A stretch of 64,000 nt of DNA from an uncultured bacterium (lineage in GTDB: Bacteria; Desulfobacterota_D; UBA1144; Nemesobacterales; UBA2774), in contig CAWGRW010000009.1 in NCBI GenBank assembly GCA_963825135.1, forward strand, positions 1,888,001 to 1,952,000, given 5' to 3'. Position numbers and translations under genes: made by a program. Numbering within the stretch: position 1 is the first letter of the stretch; each line of letters starts with the position of its first letter. Below, piece after piece: positions 47,744-57,131 of this stretch. Under the pieces are notes generated by a model. It was not told where the DNA came from. It did no database searches and saw nothing but the letters and a program-made list of their open reading frames with translations.

Positions 47744-49255
47744 TTGACAGGCAAGCTTGCGCTGACCTTTGTGGCGATGGGGATAGGGGTGCTGGTAATC
47801 GCGGTCGACATAGCCGCGATAAACGTCGCGCTCCCGGCGGTCGAGAAGGCTTTCCGCACCGATGTCGATACCATCGAATGGGTCGTTAACGGGTACGTGC
47901 TGATGTTCGGGGTGTTGATGGTAACGTGCGGGAGGCTGGCCGACACCTTCGGACGAAGGAGGATATTCTTTCTGGGTCTGATTATCTTCGGACTGGCTTC
48001 GCTCATCGGCGGGCTGTCGGACTCCGCCGGCATCCTGATCGGGGCAAGGGTGATTCAGGGGGCAGGGGCGGCTTTGTTGTGGCCCTCGATTCTCGGAATC
48101 ATATACTCCTCCGTTTCAGACAGTCAGAAGGGCATTGCCGTGGGTCTTATTCTCGGAGCTGCCGGAGTGGGTAACGCCGCGGGTCCTCTCCTGGGCGGAG
48201 TCTTGACAGAATACGCGTCCTGGCGCTGGGTGCTTTACGTGAACGTGCCGTTGTCCCTCGCCGCCGGCATTCTCACTTATCTGGCGGTGGATAAACAGCC
48301 CGTCGGGGGCGGCAACAAGTATGTCGATTATCCGGGAATAGCTGCGGTTTCAATTTCGCTTGTATCGCTCATGTATGCATTAAACCAGTCCGATTCATGG
48401 GGATGGGGATCGTATAAAACGATTTCCCTCCTGGTGTTATTCGCCGTAGTCATGCTCCTTTTTATCCGGATCGAGAGAAGGACGGAAGAGGCGCTGATAC
48501 CGAAAGACGTCATGTCCAACCTCCCGTTCATGCTCGCGGCTACGATAATGTTTACCGTGATACCCGCCTTTTTCAGCCTCCTCCTGTACATGCCGCAGTA
48601 TTATGAAAAGTTCTTCGATTATTCGCCCCTCCGGGCGGGTGCGTCCCTTGTCCCGATGCTGCTTACGTTTGCCGTATTAGCCCCGATTTCCGGGAAAATA
48701 TACAATCATTTAGGTCCCCGGTTATCTATATTCATCGGAATGTCTTTGACCCTGGTCGGGACCGTCGGCATCATCGTTTTCGGGTTTGGCGGCGGTTATT
48801 ACGGTTTTCTGCCGGGGTTGATTATTTCCGGGGCCGGATTCGGATTTGCCATACCTTCGATAACCACAGCAGCCGTCGGGTATGTTCGGGAATCGAGGGC
48901 CAGCCTCGCCGGAGGCATCGTATACATGTTTCAGCTGGTCGGAGGAGCGCTCGGCCTTGCCATAGTCACCACTATATTCACGGCTGCGGCCAGGAAAGAC
49001 GTGACGGATAGTCTGACCGGTTACGGGCTCCGCCTGTCCGAGGAGCATCAAACCAGCATCCTCGGCTTTATGATCGGAAGCGGGAGCAAACAGGCGCTGC
49101 TTGACGATTTTGGTCAGGCGGCGTTTAACGACACATTTCATCATGTATACAATGCGTACACCTCGGGCATTAGATACGGTCTGGGGTTTGCGGCCTTTGT
49201 CGTGGCAATAGGGGCCGTCCTGACTTTTTTCATCGGTGTAAAGAAGGCCGCGTGA
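47744..49255 (+). CDS. MFS transporter, DHA2 (14-TM) type
   Basis: D...INVALP, WVVNGY, GRLADTFGRRR, GPLLGG.LT...SWRW..YVNVP. Confidence 0.92.
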   Translation: MTGKLALTFVAMGIGVLVIAVDIAAINVALPAVEKAFRTDVDTIEWVVNGYVLMFGVLMVTCGRLADTFGRRRIFFLGLIIFGLASLIGGLSDSAGILIGARVIQGAGAALLWPSILGIIYSSVSDSQKGIAVGLILGAAGVGNAAGPLLGGVLTEYASWRWVLYVNVPLSLAAGILTYLAVDKQPVGGGNKYVDYPGIAAVSISLVSLMYALNQSDSWGWGSYKTISLLVLFAVVMLLFIRIERRTEEALIPKDVMSNLPFMLAATIMFTVIPAFFSLLLYMPQYYEKFFDYSPLRAGASLVPMLLTFAVLAPISGKIYNHLGPRLSIFIGMSLTLVGTVGIIVFGFGGGYYGFLPGLIISGAGFGFAIPSITTAAVGYVRESRASLAGGIVYMFQLVGGALGLAIVTTIFTAAARKDVTDSLTGYGLRLSEEHQTSILGFMIGSGSKQALLDDFGQAAFNDTFHHVYNAYTSGIRYGLGFAAFVVAIGAVLTFFIGVKKAA

Positions 49256-49395
49256 TTCAGCCGGTTTCCCGCATTACAGGCACCGAGGAAATTCTGATTG
49301 TGAAAGTCATGTATTTTAGTTAATCTTAATATAGAAAGAAGTTCGCCATCAATATTCGCTAATGCCTGTGAGTTCTTAAGGCTTGGATTCCCCGA

Positions 49396-52300
49396 TTGAA
49401 TAAATATAGAAAAATATCTTTATTTCTGGGCGGCGGAGTCGGGATAGTAGTAATTCTGGCTGTCCTGTCTCTATTGCTTGTAAAAAGGCTTGTGAGCCCG
49501 GAGCGCGTAAGAGCGGAGCTTGTTTCTTATCTCTCTTTGAAGATAGGCGGGGACGTCGAATTCAAGGACGTGGAAATAAAATTCTTTCCCGGACCGCATG
49601 TGGTGCTTAGAGGAGGGGTGTTCTCCATCCCGGGGAGGGCGGAAGGGAGCTTCGAAAGCCTGGTCGTCTATCCCAGGGTATTACCCCTGTTGAGGGGCGG
49701 AGTGGAAGTCGCGAGGCTCAAGGTAATCAGGCCTGAAATTAAGCTGCTCATGCACGAGCCCCGGGCGGAGGAAGTCCCGGAGGCCGACGACTCATTTTCG
49801 TTCGGAGCACTGAGGGATGACTTCAAAGGGGCGCTCGATAACCTGGCTATACACGGTAAGGGGCTTAATGCGGAGATAGAGAACGGCACGCTTATATTAC
49901 AGAAAGACTCCGCGCCGGTTTTAAGCTTCAGCGGCATGAACGCCGATCTCTCGCTGCCGGACGATAAGCTGAGGATGAGGGTGAGGAGCGCATCCAATCT
50001 CTGGGACTCGTTCGACTTCAGGGCATGGATAGACGTGAAAAACTATCAGGGTTCGGGGACTTTGGCCGTCAGGGGCGGAAAGCCTCACAGGTTCATGGAC
50101 TTTTATCTTCCGGATAAAAAGATCGTATCCGACTCCGCCGTGAATTTGGCTCTCAGGTTCGACACAAGGGACTTAAAGGTGTTTCACTCCTCAATAGAAG
50201 CATCGGTCCCTAAATTGATATTGACGGGCGGCGGTGAAGAGCTCGCTCTGAGTGCTTCGGCGATAGACGCCGACATTTATTTCGATGAAGCGAAGCAGGT
50301 GTTCACGCTGAAAAGCGCCAAGCTTGTCAATCCGGGGCTCGACCTGAGCGGAGAATATATCGTTGACAAAAATACATCCGAAGTGAGCCTGTCTCTTCTC
50401 GGGAAGAACGTGGATGTGGTTTCGGTCAGAGACGGCGCGCTTTTCATAGCGGGTGAGCATAAAGTGACCGATGCCATATTCGAGGTCGTGAGGGGCGGGA
50501 CGGCGCCCGAAATCAAGCTCGACGCAAAGGCCACTTCGTTCAGAGGCTTATGGAAGAAGGGGAAATTCAGGATAGAGGGCGACATGGTGGACGGCGAGAT
50601 ATACATACCCGTCGCCGAGTTCGACATCGTTGAAGCGAACGGACACGCCGTGATCGCCGACGGCATGCTGAAAGGGACGAATCTCTCGGGCAGGCTCGGG
50701 AATTCGAAGGGGCATGACGGGACACTGCTTTTAGGAATCGCCGGGCCCGACGGGCCATTCAATCTCGATATCATGATCGATGCCGACCCGTCTCAGGTAC
50801 CCGCCGTTCTCGACCAGTTCGTTCATGAAGAGAGTTTTAACAAAGAGATGCGCCTTATAAAAAACGTTCGGGGTACCGCTAAGGGGCGACTAGTAATCGG
50901 CGATACGAAGAAATCTCCTCAGGCGAAAGTCAGCGTGTCCGGATACGAGTTCACCGCGGATTATGAGCGCTTTCCAAATCCGATTGCGCTGAAGGGGGAC
51001 TCGTTCGATTATGAAAATAAGAAAATAGTTGTTAAGAACGTCGATATCAAGACCGGTAAATCGGGCGCCTCTGTATCGTCGGGCTCATACGAATGGAAGG
51101 ATAATTCGTATTTCAGCGTCTCGGCGGCCGACGCCAGCGTCGATATCGGAGAGTTCTACCCCTGGCTGGCATCCGTTAACTCGCTGAAGCCCGGACTGAA
51201 AGATATCGAGTCTGCGGAGGGGACGGCCTTTTTCAAGGAGTTCGAATTCTCGGGCCCCGCTTCAAATCCCGCCGATTGGAAAATAAGCGGAAACGGCGAC
51301 CTGAAGGCGGTCAAGCTCAAACTCAAAGGCTATGACGAATGGATAAACGTAGCCGGCGCCGATGTGGAATCGACACCCGGGCATCTTTCCATATCCAATA
51401 CCGGGGTGTCTCTGGGAAACAGCACGTTGAGCGTGGATATTTCCCTGAACGACTACTTGACGGACCTCCTCGAGCTGAGGCTGAATTTCGCGGGAACGGT
51501 AGAGCCCCGTGCGATGGACGTGTTATCCGCATATATCAAACTGCCCGAGGAGCTGATTTTTCATAGTCCGCTCTCGGTGACCGATTCGTCCCTGGTTTAC
51601 CGAAGCGACGGTGCAACACCCGACGGAACAAACCGGAATACTTCCGCTTCTTTACAAAATAGCGGGCAAAAATTCGATCTGGACATGAACATCGAAACGA
51701 AGAATCTCGAGTGGCTGGATTCGCCAAAAGATGCCCCCGCTAATCCGCAACCACCTCCGGCGAATGGTCCGTGGAATTCACCCGTAAAGGGGACGGTAAA
51801 CCTCAAATCCGATAACTTCACGTTCAAGAAGCTGAATTGGGACTCCCTCGACACGGTTATAACATTCCTCGGTCAGGGGATCGATATAGACGTCAACAGC
51901 GCCAGTTTATGCGGTATTTCCACGCCCGGGCTACTTCAGGTATACCCCCCGGGGATCAAGTTCGACTTCAAACCCGCCGCAAGCGGCGGAGAGCTCGCCT
52001 CGGTCATTAAATGTCTCCTCGATAAGGCAGGGATCATATCGGGCGATCTCGATCTCCAGGCCGACATATCTTCAGACGGTAGCGGGCGCGATATATATAA
52101 CAATCTTGTAGGAGAGATGGAGCTTGATTCACGGAAGGGACGCATAGAGAAATACGGCGGTCTTGCAAAGTTTTTTACAATGCTCAACTTCGGCGAGTTG
52201 TTCCGGGGCCAGGGCCCTGATTTCGAAAAAGAAGGGTTCCCCTACGATAAGCTTACGGCCAAAGCGGACGTAAAGGAGGGAAAGGTGTTGATCAAGGAAG

Positions 52301-52671
52301 CTATTATGGACGGTCCTTCGATCAAGGTCGTATGCGAGGGGTCTATCGATATCGCAAACAAGAAGCTCGATCTGCAGCTCCTCGTGATTCCCGTTATGGC
52401 CGTGGATTCCGTAATTGACAAGATACCTCTCGTGAGTTACGTCTTCGGAAAAAACTTCGTCTCTATCCCGATAAAGGTTACCGGGGACATATCCCACCCC
52501 GATGTGTCGATGATATCTCCCACAGCGGTCAGCTTCGGGCTGCTGGGACTCATAAAGCAGACCCTCAATATACCCGTCACGATATTCAAACCCGTAAGCA
52601 GGAATGAGAAAAAAGAGGATGTGAAAGAAGAGGGTGAATCAAGCGGCCGGGCTGACGATAAAACTGAATGA
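49396..52671 (+). CDS. AsmA-like (YhdP/TamB-type) envelope bridge protein
   Basis: N-terminal TM anchor, long beta-rich body and C-terminal G.IDI....LDL...V....VIDKIP...V.G...HPDV. Confidence 0.75.
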   Translation: MNKYRKISLFLGGGVGIVVILAVLSLLLVKRLVSPERVRAELVSYLSLKIGGDVEFKDVEIKFFPGPHVVLRGGVFSIPGRAEGSFESLVVYPRVLPLLRGGVEVARLKVIRPEIKLLMHEPRAEEVPEADDSFSFGALRDDFKGALDNLAIHGKGLNAEIENGTLILQKDSAPVLSFSGMNADLSLPDDKLRMRVRSASNLWDSFDFRAWIDVKNYQGSGTLAVRGGKPHRFMDFYLPDKKIVSDSAVNLALRFDTRDLKVFHSSIEASVPKLILTGGGEELALSASAIDADIYFDEAKQVFTLKSAKLVNPGLDLSGEYIVDKNTSEVSLSLLGKNVDVVSVRDGALFIAGEHKVTDAIFEVVRGGTAPEIKLDAKATSFRGLWKKGKFRIEGDMVDGEIYIPVAEFDIVEANGHAVIADGMLKGTNLSGRLGNSKGHDGTLLLGIAGPDGPFNLDIMIDADPSQVPAVLDQFVHEESFNKEMRLIKNVRGTAKGRLVIGDTKKSPQAKVSVSGYEFTADYERFPNPIALKGDSFDYENKKIVVKNVDIKTGKSGASVSSGSYEWKDNSYFSVSAADASVDIGEFYPWLASVNSLKPGLKDIESAEGTAFFKEFEFSGPASNPADWKISGNGDLKAVKLKLKGYDEWINVAGADVESTPGHLSISNTGVSLGNSTLSVDISLNDYLTDLLELRLNFAGTVEPRAMDVLSAYIKLPEELIFHSPLSVTDSSLVYRSDGATPDGTNRNTSASLQNSGQKFDLDMNIETKNLEWLDSPKDAPANPQPPPANGPWNSPVKGTVNLKSDNFTFKKLNWDSLDTVITFLGQGIDIDVNSASLCGISTPGLLQVYPPGIKFDFKPAASGGELASVIKCLLDKAGIISGDLDLQADISSDGSGRDIYNNLVGEMELDSRKGRIEKYGGLAKFFTMLNFGELFRGQGPDFEKEGFPYDKLTAKADVKEGKVLIKEAIMDGPSIKVVCEGSIDIANKKLDLQLLVIPVMAVDSVIDKIPLVSYVFGKNFVSIPIKVTGDISHPDVSMISPTAVSFGLLGLIKQTLNIPVTIFKPVSRNEKKEDVKEEGESSGRADDKTE

Positions 52672-52758
52672 CCCTGCCGGCCAGGCCATTAGATGCTCCG
52701 TCCTTAAACCGCGGCAGCCTTCCCGAGGGTGGCTGAATGTTATCCCAGGCGGGGTTCA

Positions 52759-53187
52759 TCACTTATTTCTAAGTATGTCCCTTATCTCCGCAAGCAGTTT
52801 CTCTTCGTTCGAGGGCTCGGGAGGCGGAGGGGGAGCGGTCTCTTTGTGGAGCTTCAGCCTGTTGACATTCCTCACGAGAATAAATACCGCGAACGCTACT
52901 ATCAGGAAGCTGATTATCGTATTGATAAATTTCCCGTAGTTCACCGTAACAGCGCCCGCTTTCGCGGCATCCGAAAGCGCGGGGTAGGGCCCGAGAGGCG
53001 TCCCTTCCTTGAGCACGAAAAAGAGGTTCGAGAAATCCACGTTGCCCAGGGCAAGCCCTATGGGGGGCATTATTATATCGTTTACCAGGGACTGCACTAT
53101 CGTCCCGAAAGCTGCCCCGATAATTATGCCGACCGCCATGTCTACTACGTTCCCCCGCATCGCAAATTCTCTAAATTCTTTAAGCAT
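52759..53187 (-). CDS. mscL: Large-conductance mechanosensitive channel
   Basis: [28 protein letters not shown]...LLAEIRDIL. Confidence 0.97.
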   Translation of the reverse strand: MLKEFREFAMRGNVVDMAVGIIIGAAFGTIVQSLVNDIIMPPIGLALGNVDFSNLFFVLKEGTPLGPYPALSDAAKAGAVTVNYGKFINTIISFLIVAFAVFILVRNVNRLKLHKETAPPPPPEPSNEEKLLAEIRDILRNK

Positions 53188-53330
53188 TATTGATCTCCGC
53201 TGCGCAAAAACTGGTTCAAGTATCTCATATAAGATTTCTAATATCAATCGTTTATTTACTGACTGCAATCGTATTGGACTCGGGACCGGCACGCGGATAA
53301 AATATCTGTGATCAGGGGTCTCCATCCGTC

Positions 53331-53609
53331 ATGGGAAATAAAAAAAGAGTAGAGATAACATACTGCGCGCAGTGCCGCTGGCTATTGAGGGCTTCCTGGA
53401 TGGCACAGGAGCTCCTGACCACATTCGACCTCGAGATCGGGGAAGTGGCGCTCGTACCGGGGACAGGCGGAATTTTCGAGGTAAAGGTCGGTGACGAGCT
53501 CGTCTGGTCAAGGAAGGACAGGGGCAGGTTTCCAGATATCAAGGAGCTCAAGCAGCTTGTGCGGGACCGCGTGGCTCCCGGGAGGGACCTCGGACACACG
53601 GACGGGTAA
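53331..53609 (+). CDS. SelT/SelW/SelH (Rdx) family protein, Cys form
   Basis: ITYCAQCRWLLRA.WMAQELL.TF, GGIFEV and ELKQLVRD...LGH. Confidence 0.92.
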   Translation: MGNKKRVEITYCAQCRWLLRASWMAQELLTTFDLEIGEVALVPGTGGIFEVKVGDELVWSRKDRGRFPDIKELKQLVRDRVAPGRDLGHTDG

Positions 53610-53727
53610 TTTTACAAATATGGCCTGACGCAAGCGGCGGCAACTGATTTGCTTCCCCCGGATATATTGTTCTCGTTCTTTTCGGGCGGGGGCTTTATTG
53701 TTACCGGGGTGTGTATAATATTTCTCC

Positions 53728-54435
53728 ATGCCGGTCTACCTTCTGGACGAGTCCCTGGTCTTTCCTCATCCGGACCATGCGGAGCCGAACGGTCTTCTTG
53801 CGATCGGGGGGGATTTGAGCGTCCCGAGGCTTCTCCTCGCTTACAGAAACGGCATCTTCCCCTGGTACTCTGAAAACAACCCTATCCTGTGGTTTTCCCC
53901 CGACCCCCGCCTTGTACTGTCTTTTCACGAATTGCACCTGTCGAGAAAATTAAAGAAAACTATAAAATCCGGTATGTTCGAGGTACTGTTCGATACGTCT
54001 TTCAAAGAGGTTATCAGGAATTGCTCGGCGGTCAGCCGGACCGGACAATCCGGGACGTGGATTACCGAAGACATGATCGACGCCTACACGGCTCTCTACG
54101 ACCGCGGATACGCCCACTCCGTTGAAACCTATCTGGACGGCAAGCTTGTCGGAGGGCTCTACGGAGTCGCGCTGGGAGGGGCGTTCTTTGGAGAATCGAT
54201 GTTTCATCATATAAGCGATTCATCGAAGGTCGCTCTGTATTATCTGGTGGAGAGGCTCAAGGAATCGGGCTACGATTTCATCGACTCCCAGGTGCCGAAC
54301 GACCATATGAGATGGATGGGCGGGAAAGAGGTCAGCAGGGAGCGCTACCTGTCCATGCTCGGTGAGGCAACCAAGAAACAAACGCCCCCCGGGAAGTGGA
54401 ACGACAGCCGGGAATTGAAGCTGGAGAGGCTCTAG
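53728..54435 (+). CDS. aat: Leucyl/phenylalanyl-tRNA-protein transferase
   Basis: GLLAIGGDLS..RLLLAY.NGIFPW, SPDPR, TWIT, AHSVE and FFGESMF. Confidence 0.96.
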   Translation: MPVYLLDESLVFPHPDHAEPNGLLAIGGDLSVPRLLLAYRNGIFPWYSENNPILWFSPDPRLVLSFHELHLSRKLKKTIKSGMFEVLFDTSFKEVIRNCSAVSRTGQSGTWITEDMIDAYTALYDRGYAHSVETYLDGKLVGGLYGVALGGAFFGESMFHHISDSSKVALYYLVERLKESGYDFIDSQVPNDHMRWMGGKEVSRERYLSMLGEATKKQTPPGKWNDSRELKLERL

Positions 54436-54496
54436 TTAGCTGTCTTTAGCATTTGTCCCGCGCGGAGAATATGAATCATTATGTCAGGAGGATAAT

Positions 54497-55132
54497 ATGA
54501 AATCGATTTTATGCTACGGAGATTCGATCACATGGGGCTACAACCCTTCAGACGGCACGAGGTTCCCGTTCGGTGAGCGGTGGCCCGGGATACTTCAGAC
54601 GGAGCTCGGTGAGTCCTACAGGGTGATAGAGGAATCGGTCCCGGGCAGGACGACAAACTGGGACAGCCCCTATCTCGCGGAAAGGAACGGCAGGAAGTCC
54701 CTTCCGCTGGTTCTGGAGAGCCATTTGCCGATCGATCTCTTTATTTTAATGCTCGGCACGAACGACCTTTGGAAGGCACTAAACCTTTCCGCCTCCGATA
54801 TAGCCGCCTCATGCATGTCGCTCATATGGACGGTGCAGAAGGCCATGGCGGGGCCCGGGTTCGGTGTTCCTGAAATCCTATTGATCGCCCCTCAGCCCCT
54901 GGGCCCCCTCTCCCCTTTCATGAAATTTTATTTCGAAGGCCGGGCGGCCGTTTCAAGAGGGCTCGCCAAAGAATACAGGAAGGCCGCGGATACCGCCGGC
55001 TGTCACTTCCTGGACGCGTCGAAATACGTGAAGTCGAGCAGGGTCGACGGGGTTCACCTTGACGCCCCAGAACAGAAGAAGCTCGCGGCGGGAGTAAAAA
55101 AATCCGTGCTGTCGATACTGGGCGGAAAGTAG
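54497..55132 (+). CDS. SGNH/GDSL hydrolase (arylesterase-like)
   Basis: ILCYGDSITWG, RWPG, GRTT, MLGTND and DGVHL. Confidence 0.92.
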   Translation: MKSILCYGDSITWGYNPSDGTRFPFGERWPGILQTELGESYRVIEESVPGRTTNWDSPYLAERNGRKSLPLVLESHLPIDLFILMLGTNDLWKALNLSASDIAASCMSLIWTVQKAMAGPGFGVPEILLIAPQPLGPLSPFMKFYFEGRAAVSRGLAKEYRKAADTAGCHFLDASKYVKSSRVDGVHLDAPEQKKLAAGVKKSVLSILGGK

Positions 55133-55157
55133 CGGCTGCGGGCGCGTGTGACTAAAA

Positions 55158-55185
55158 TTGAAAATTACCGGGCGGCATGTATAAT
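55158..55185 (+). promoter_or_regulatory. Sigma70-type promoter for 55273
   Basis: TTGAAA-16 nt-TATAAT. Confidence 0.55.
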
Positions 55186-55272
55186 GAAGTCCGTTTTAAT
55201 ATCGTAACGCTGGCCTGAATAATAAAAATCCAAAATCAGCGAACCTGTTTAATACGCGTAAGGAGGCTTTGA

Positions 55273-55731
55273 ATGAGCGATTGGAAGGTTGTAAATCACG
55301 GACACCCGGATATTAAACCCTCTAAGGGTAGAAGGGCTATATTCATAGGCAGGTATCAGCCATACCACATGGGGCATGTGAGTCTGGTAAAGCAGAAGCT
55401 CGATAAGGGAGTCCCCTGCCTTATCATGGTCAGGGATATCCCGCCCGACCCACAGAACCCGTTTACCACGGAGCAGACAGTCGACATGATCAGAAAGTAT
55501 CACGCGAGCAAGGGGGACGACGTCGTGGTCCTGGTGATTCCGGATATCGAGTCCGTAAACTGGGGCAGGGGAGTGGGCTACGAGATGAACGAATTCTTCC
55601 CGCCCGAGGATATAGGGTTTATCTCCGCGACAAAAATCAGAAACGCGATATCCGAAGGCAATGACGACTGGCGCGCCCTCGTCGACGAATCCATTCAGGG
55701 GGATGTGGTCAAATACCTGAAGGGAGAGTAG
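55273..55731 (+). CDS. HxGH nucleotidyltransferase (cytidylyltransferase / NMN adenylyltransferase-like)
   Basis: FIGRYQPYHMGH, NPFT and ISATKIR motifs; AAGGAGG SD. Confidence 0.8.
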   Translation: MSDWKVVNHGHPDIKPSKGRRAIFIGRYQPYHMGHVSLVKQKLDKGVPCLIMVRDIPPDPQNPFTTEQTVDMIRKYHASKGDDVVVLVIPDIESVNWGRGVGYEMNEFFPPEDIGFISATKIRNAISEGNDDWRALVDESIQGDVVKYLKGE

Positions 55732-55780
55732 CTTGAGCCCCCTAAAGCCTTTATATTAATGAAAGTTATCGAATAAATTC

Positions 55781-55822
55781 ACCGGAGGGACGGCTTTCCG
55801 GCCGCCCTCTCCGGTTTAATTT
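55781..55822 (+). terminator. Probable intrinsic terminator
   Basis: ACCGGAGGGACGGC-TTTCCG-GCCGCCCTCTCCGGT hairpin followed by TTAATTT. Confidence 0.6.
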
Positions 55823-55937
55823 CTATCCGAGCTGATCCATATCCCGCCGATTACGACTTTTTTTGAAATTTCCATACCCGACACCCGTATACGAAATCGT
55901 GATTATAATTAGTTAATACTGATAAGAGAAGGTTCTC

Positions 55938-56261
55938 ATGGAATCGCCTCAAAACCGCGAAAAGGAATTCGATAACTTTCATCAATTTTATGCGTCTTAT
56001 CTCTCCGAGCACGGCGACGCTGCGAACAGGCGCCTCCATTTTGCGGGGTGTGTTATCGTGCTGATAGTCGTGCTTACGGCCATACTCGCCCGGATGTGGG
56101 TACTCCTGATACTCGCCCCTGTCTTCGGTTACGGACTCGCGTGGGCTGGACACTATTTTATTGAAAAAAATAAGCCCGCGACTTTCAGGTATCCGTTATG
56201 GAGCCTGATGGGCGACTGGGCCATGTTCAAGGACATTATTACAGGAAAAATGAAGCTTTAG
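55938..56261 (+). CDS. DUF962 / Mpo1-like protein
   Basis: FY..YLSEH....NRRLHF.G, GYG.AW.GHYFIEKNKPATFRYP.WSL.GD. Confidence 0.9.
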   Translation: MESPQNREKEFDNFHQFYASYLSEHGDAANRRLHFAGCVIVLIVVLTAILARMWVLLILAPVFGYGLAWAGHYFIEKNKPATFRYPLWSLMGDWAMFKDIITGKMKL

Positions 56262-56375
56262 TCCCAGCGCGCCCCAAGGCCTTACTTCCAATTAATTTAC
56301 GATTTATCGCCCCTGATAAGTTTCCAATTGAGCCTGGTCTGGGTAAAATGATAGAAGCTCTGACGGTTCGCTTTT

Positions 56376-57122
56376 ATGCCTAGACTCCTCGTCTTTCAAC
56401 ACGTGGCGCACGAAATTCTGGGGACCCTCGATCCGGTTTTGAAGGATTCAGGGTTCAGGATCAAGTACGTCAATTTCGAGCGGCATCCCCACTTCGTGCC
56501 CGGTCTCGAGGGTTATGACGGTCTGATAGTGCTGGGGGGGCCGATGAACGTGGACGAGGTCGATAAATACCCGTTTCTCGAACGGGAAGTGCACTCGATT
56601 CGTAAAGCCCTTGGAAGCGGTATGCCCGTATTGGGAATATGCCTGGGCTCCCAGCTCATCGCAAAAGCGCTCGGGGCCAGGGTGTATAAAAATGAGGAGA
56701 AGGAAATAGGCTGGTATGACCTTTCCCCCACGGGGGCGGGCGGCAGGGACCCTCTTATCTCGCACTTCTCCGGGACCGAGAAAATTTTCCAGTGGCACGG
56801 CGATACCTTCGATATCCCTCCCGGCGCCGAGCTTTTAGCGTCTTCACCTCTATGCAGGAATCAGGCTTTCCGCTACGGGGAAAACGTTTACGGGCTCCAG
56901 TTCCACCTCGAGGTCGACGAGCCGATGGTCGAGCGATGGCTCCGCATTCCGGAGAATAAAAAAGAGATAGAGGAATTAAACGGGAAAATCGACCCCGACG
57001 GTATAAAGCGGGAAACGCCGGAATACATGCCCCGACTCAAGGAATTGAGCGACAGGGCGTTTGCGGAATTCATCAGGTTCTTCGGTTTTAATAAAAAACG
57101 GAAGAGCCTCCCTTCGAGATAA
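56376..57122 (+). CDS. Type 1 glutamine amidotransferase
   Basis: LGGPM, LGICLGSQL, FQWHGDTF and GLQFHLE. Confidence 0.9.
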   Translation: MPRLLVFQHVAHEILGTLDPVLKDSGFRIKYVNFERHPHFVPGLEGYDGLIVLGGPMNVDEVDKYPFLEREVHSIRKALGSGMPVLGICLGSQLIAKALGARVYKNEEKEIGWYDLSPTGAGGRDPLISHFSGTEKIFQWHGDTFDIPPGAELLASSPLCRNQAFRYGENVYGLQFHLEVDEPMVERWLRIPENKKEIEELNGKIDPDGIKRETPEYMPRLKELSDRAFAEFIRFFGFNKKRKSLPSR

Positions 57123-57131
57123 TCCGGCTCT

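Noticed and set aside
52674..52755. GC-rich hairpins between the AsmA-like gene and mscL as an ncRNA
   Set aside because: The position between convergent genes is adequately explained by termination; no riboswitch consensus was seen.
53331..53609. Selenoprotein
   Set aside because: The motif is CAQC with Cys codons and there is no in-frame TGA.
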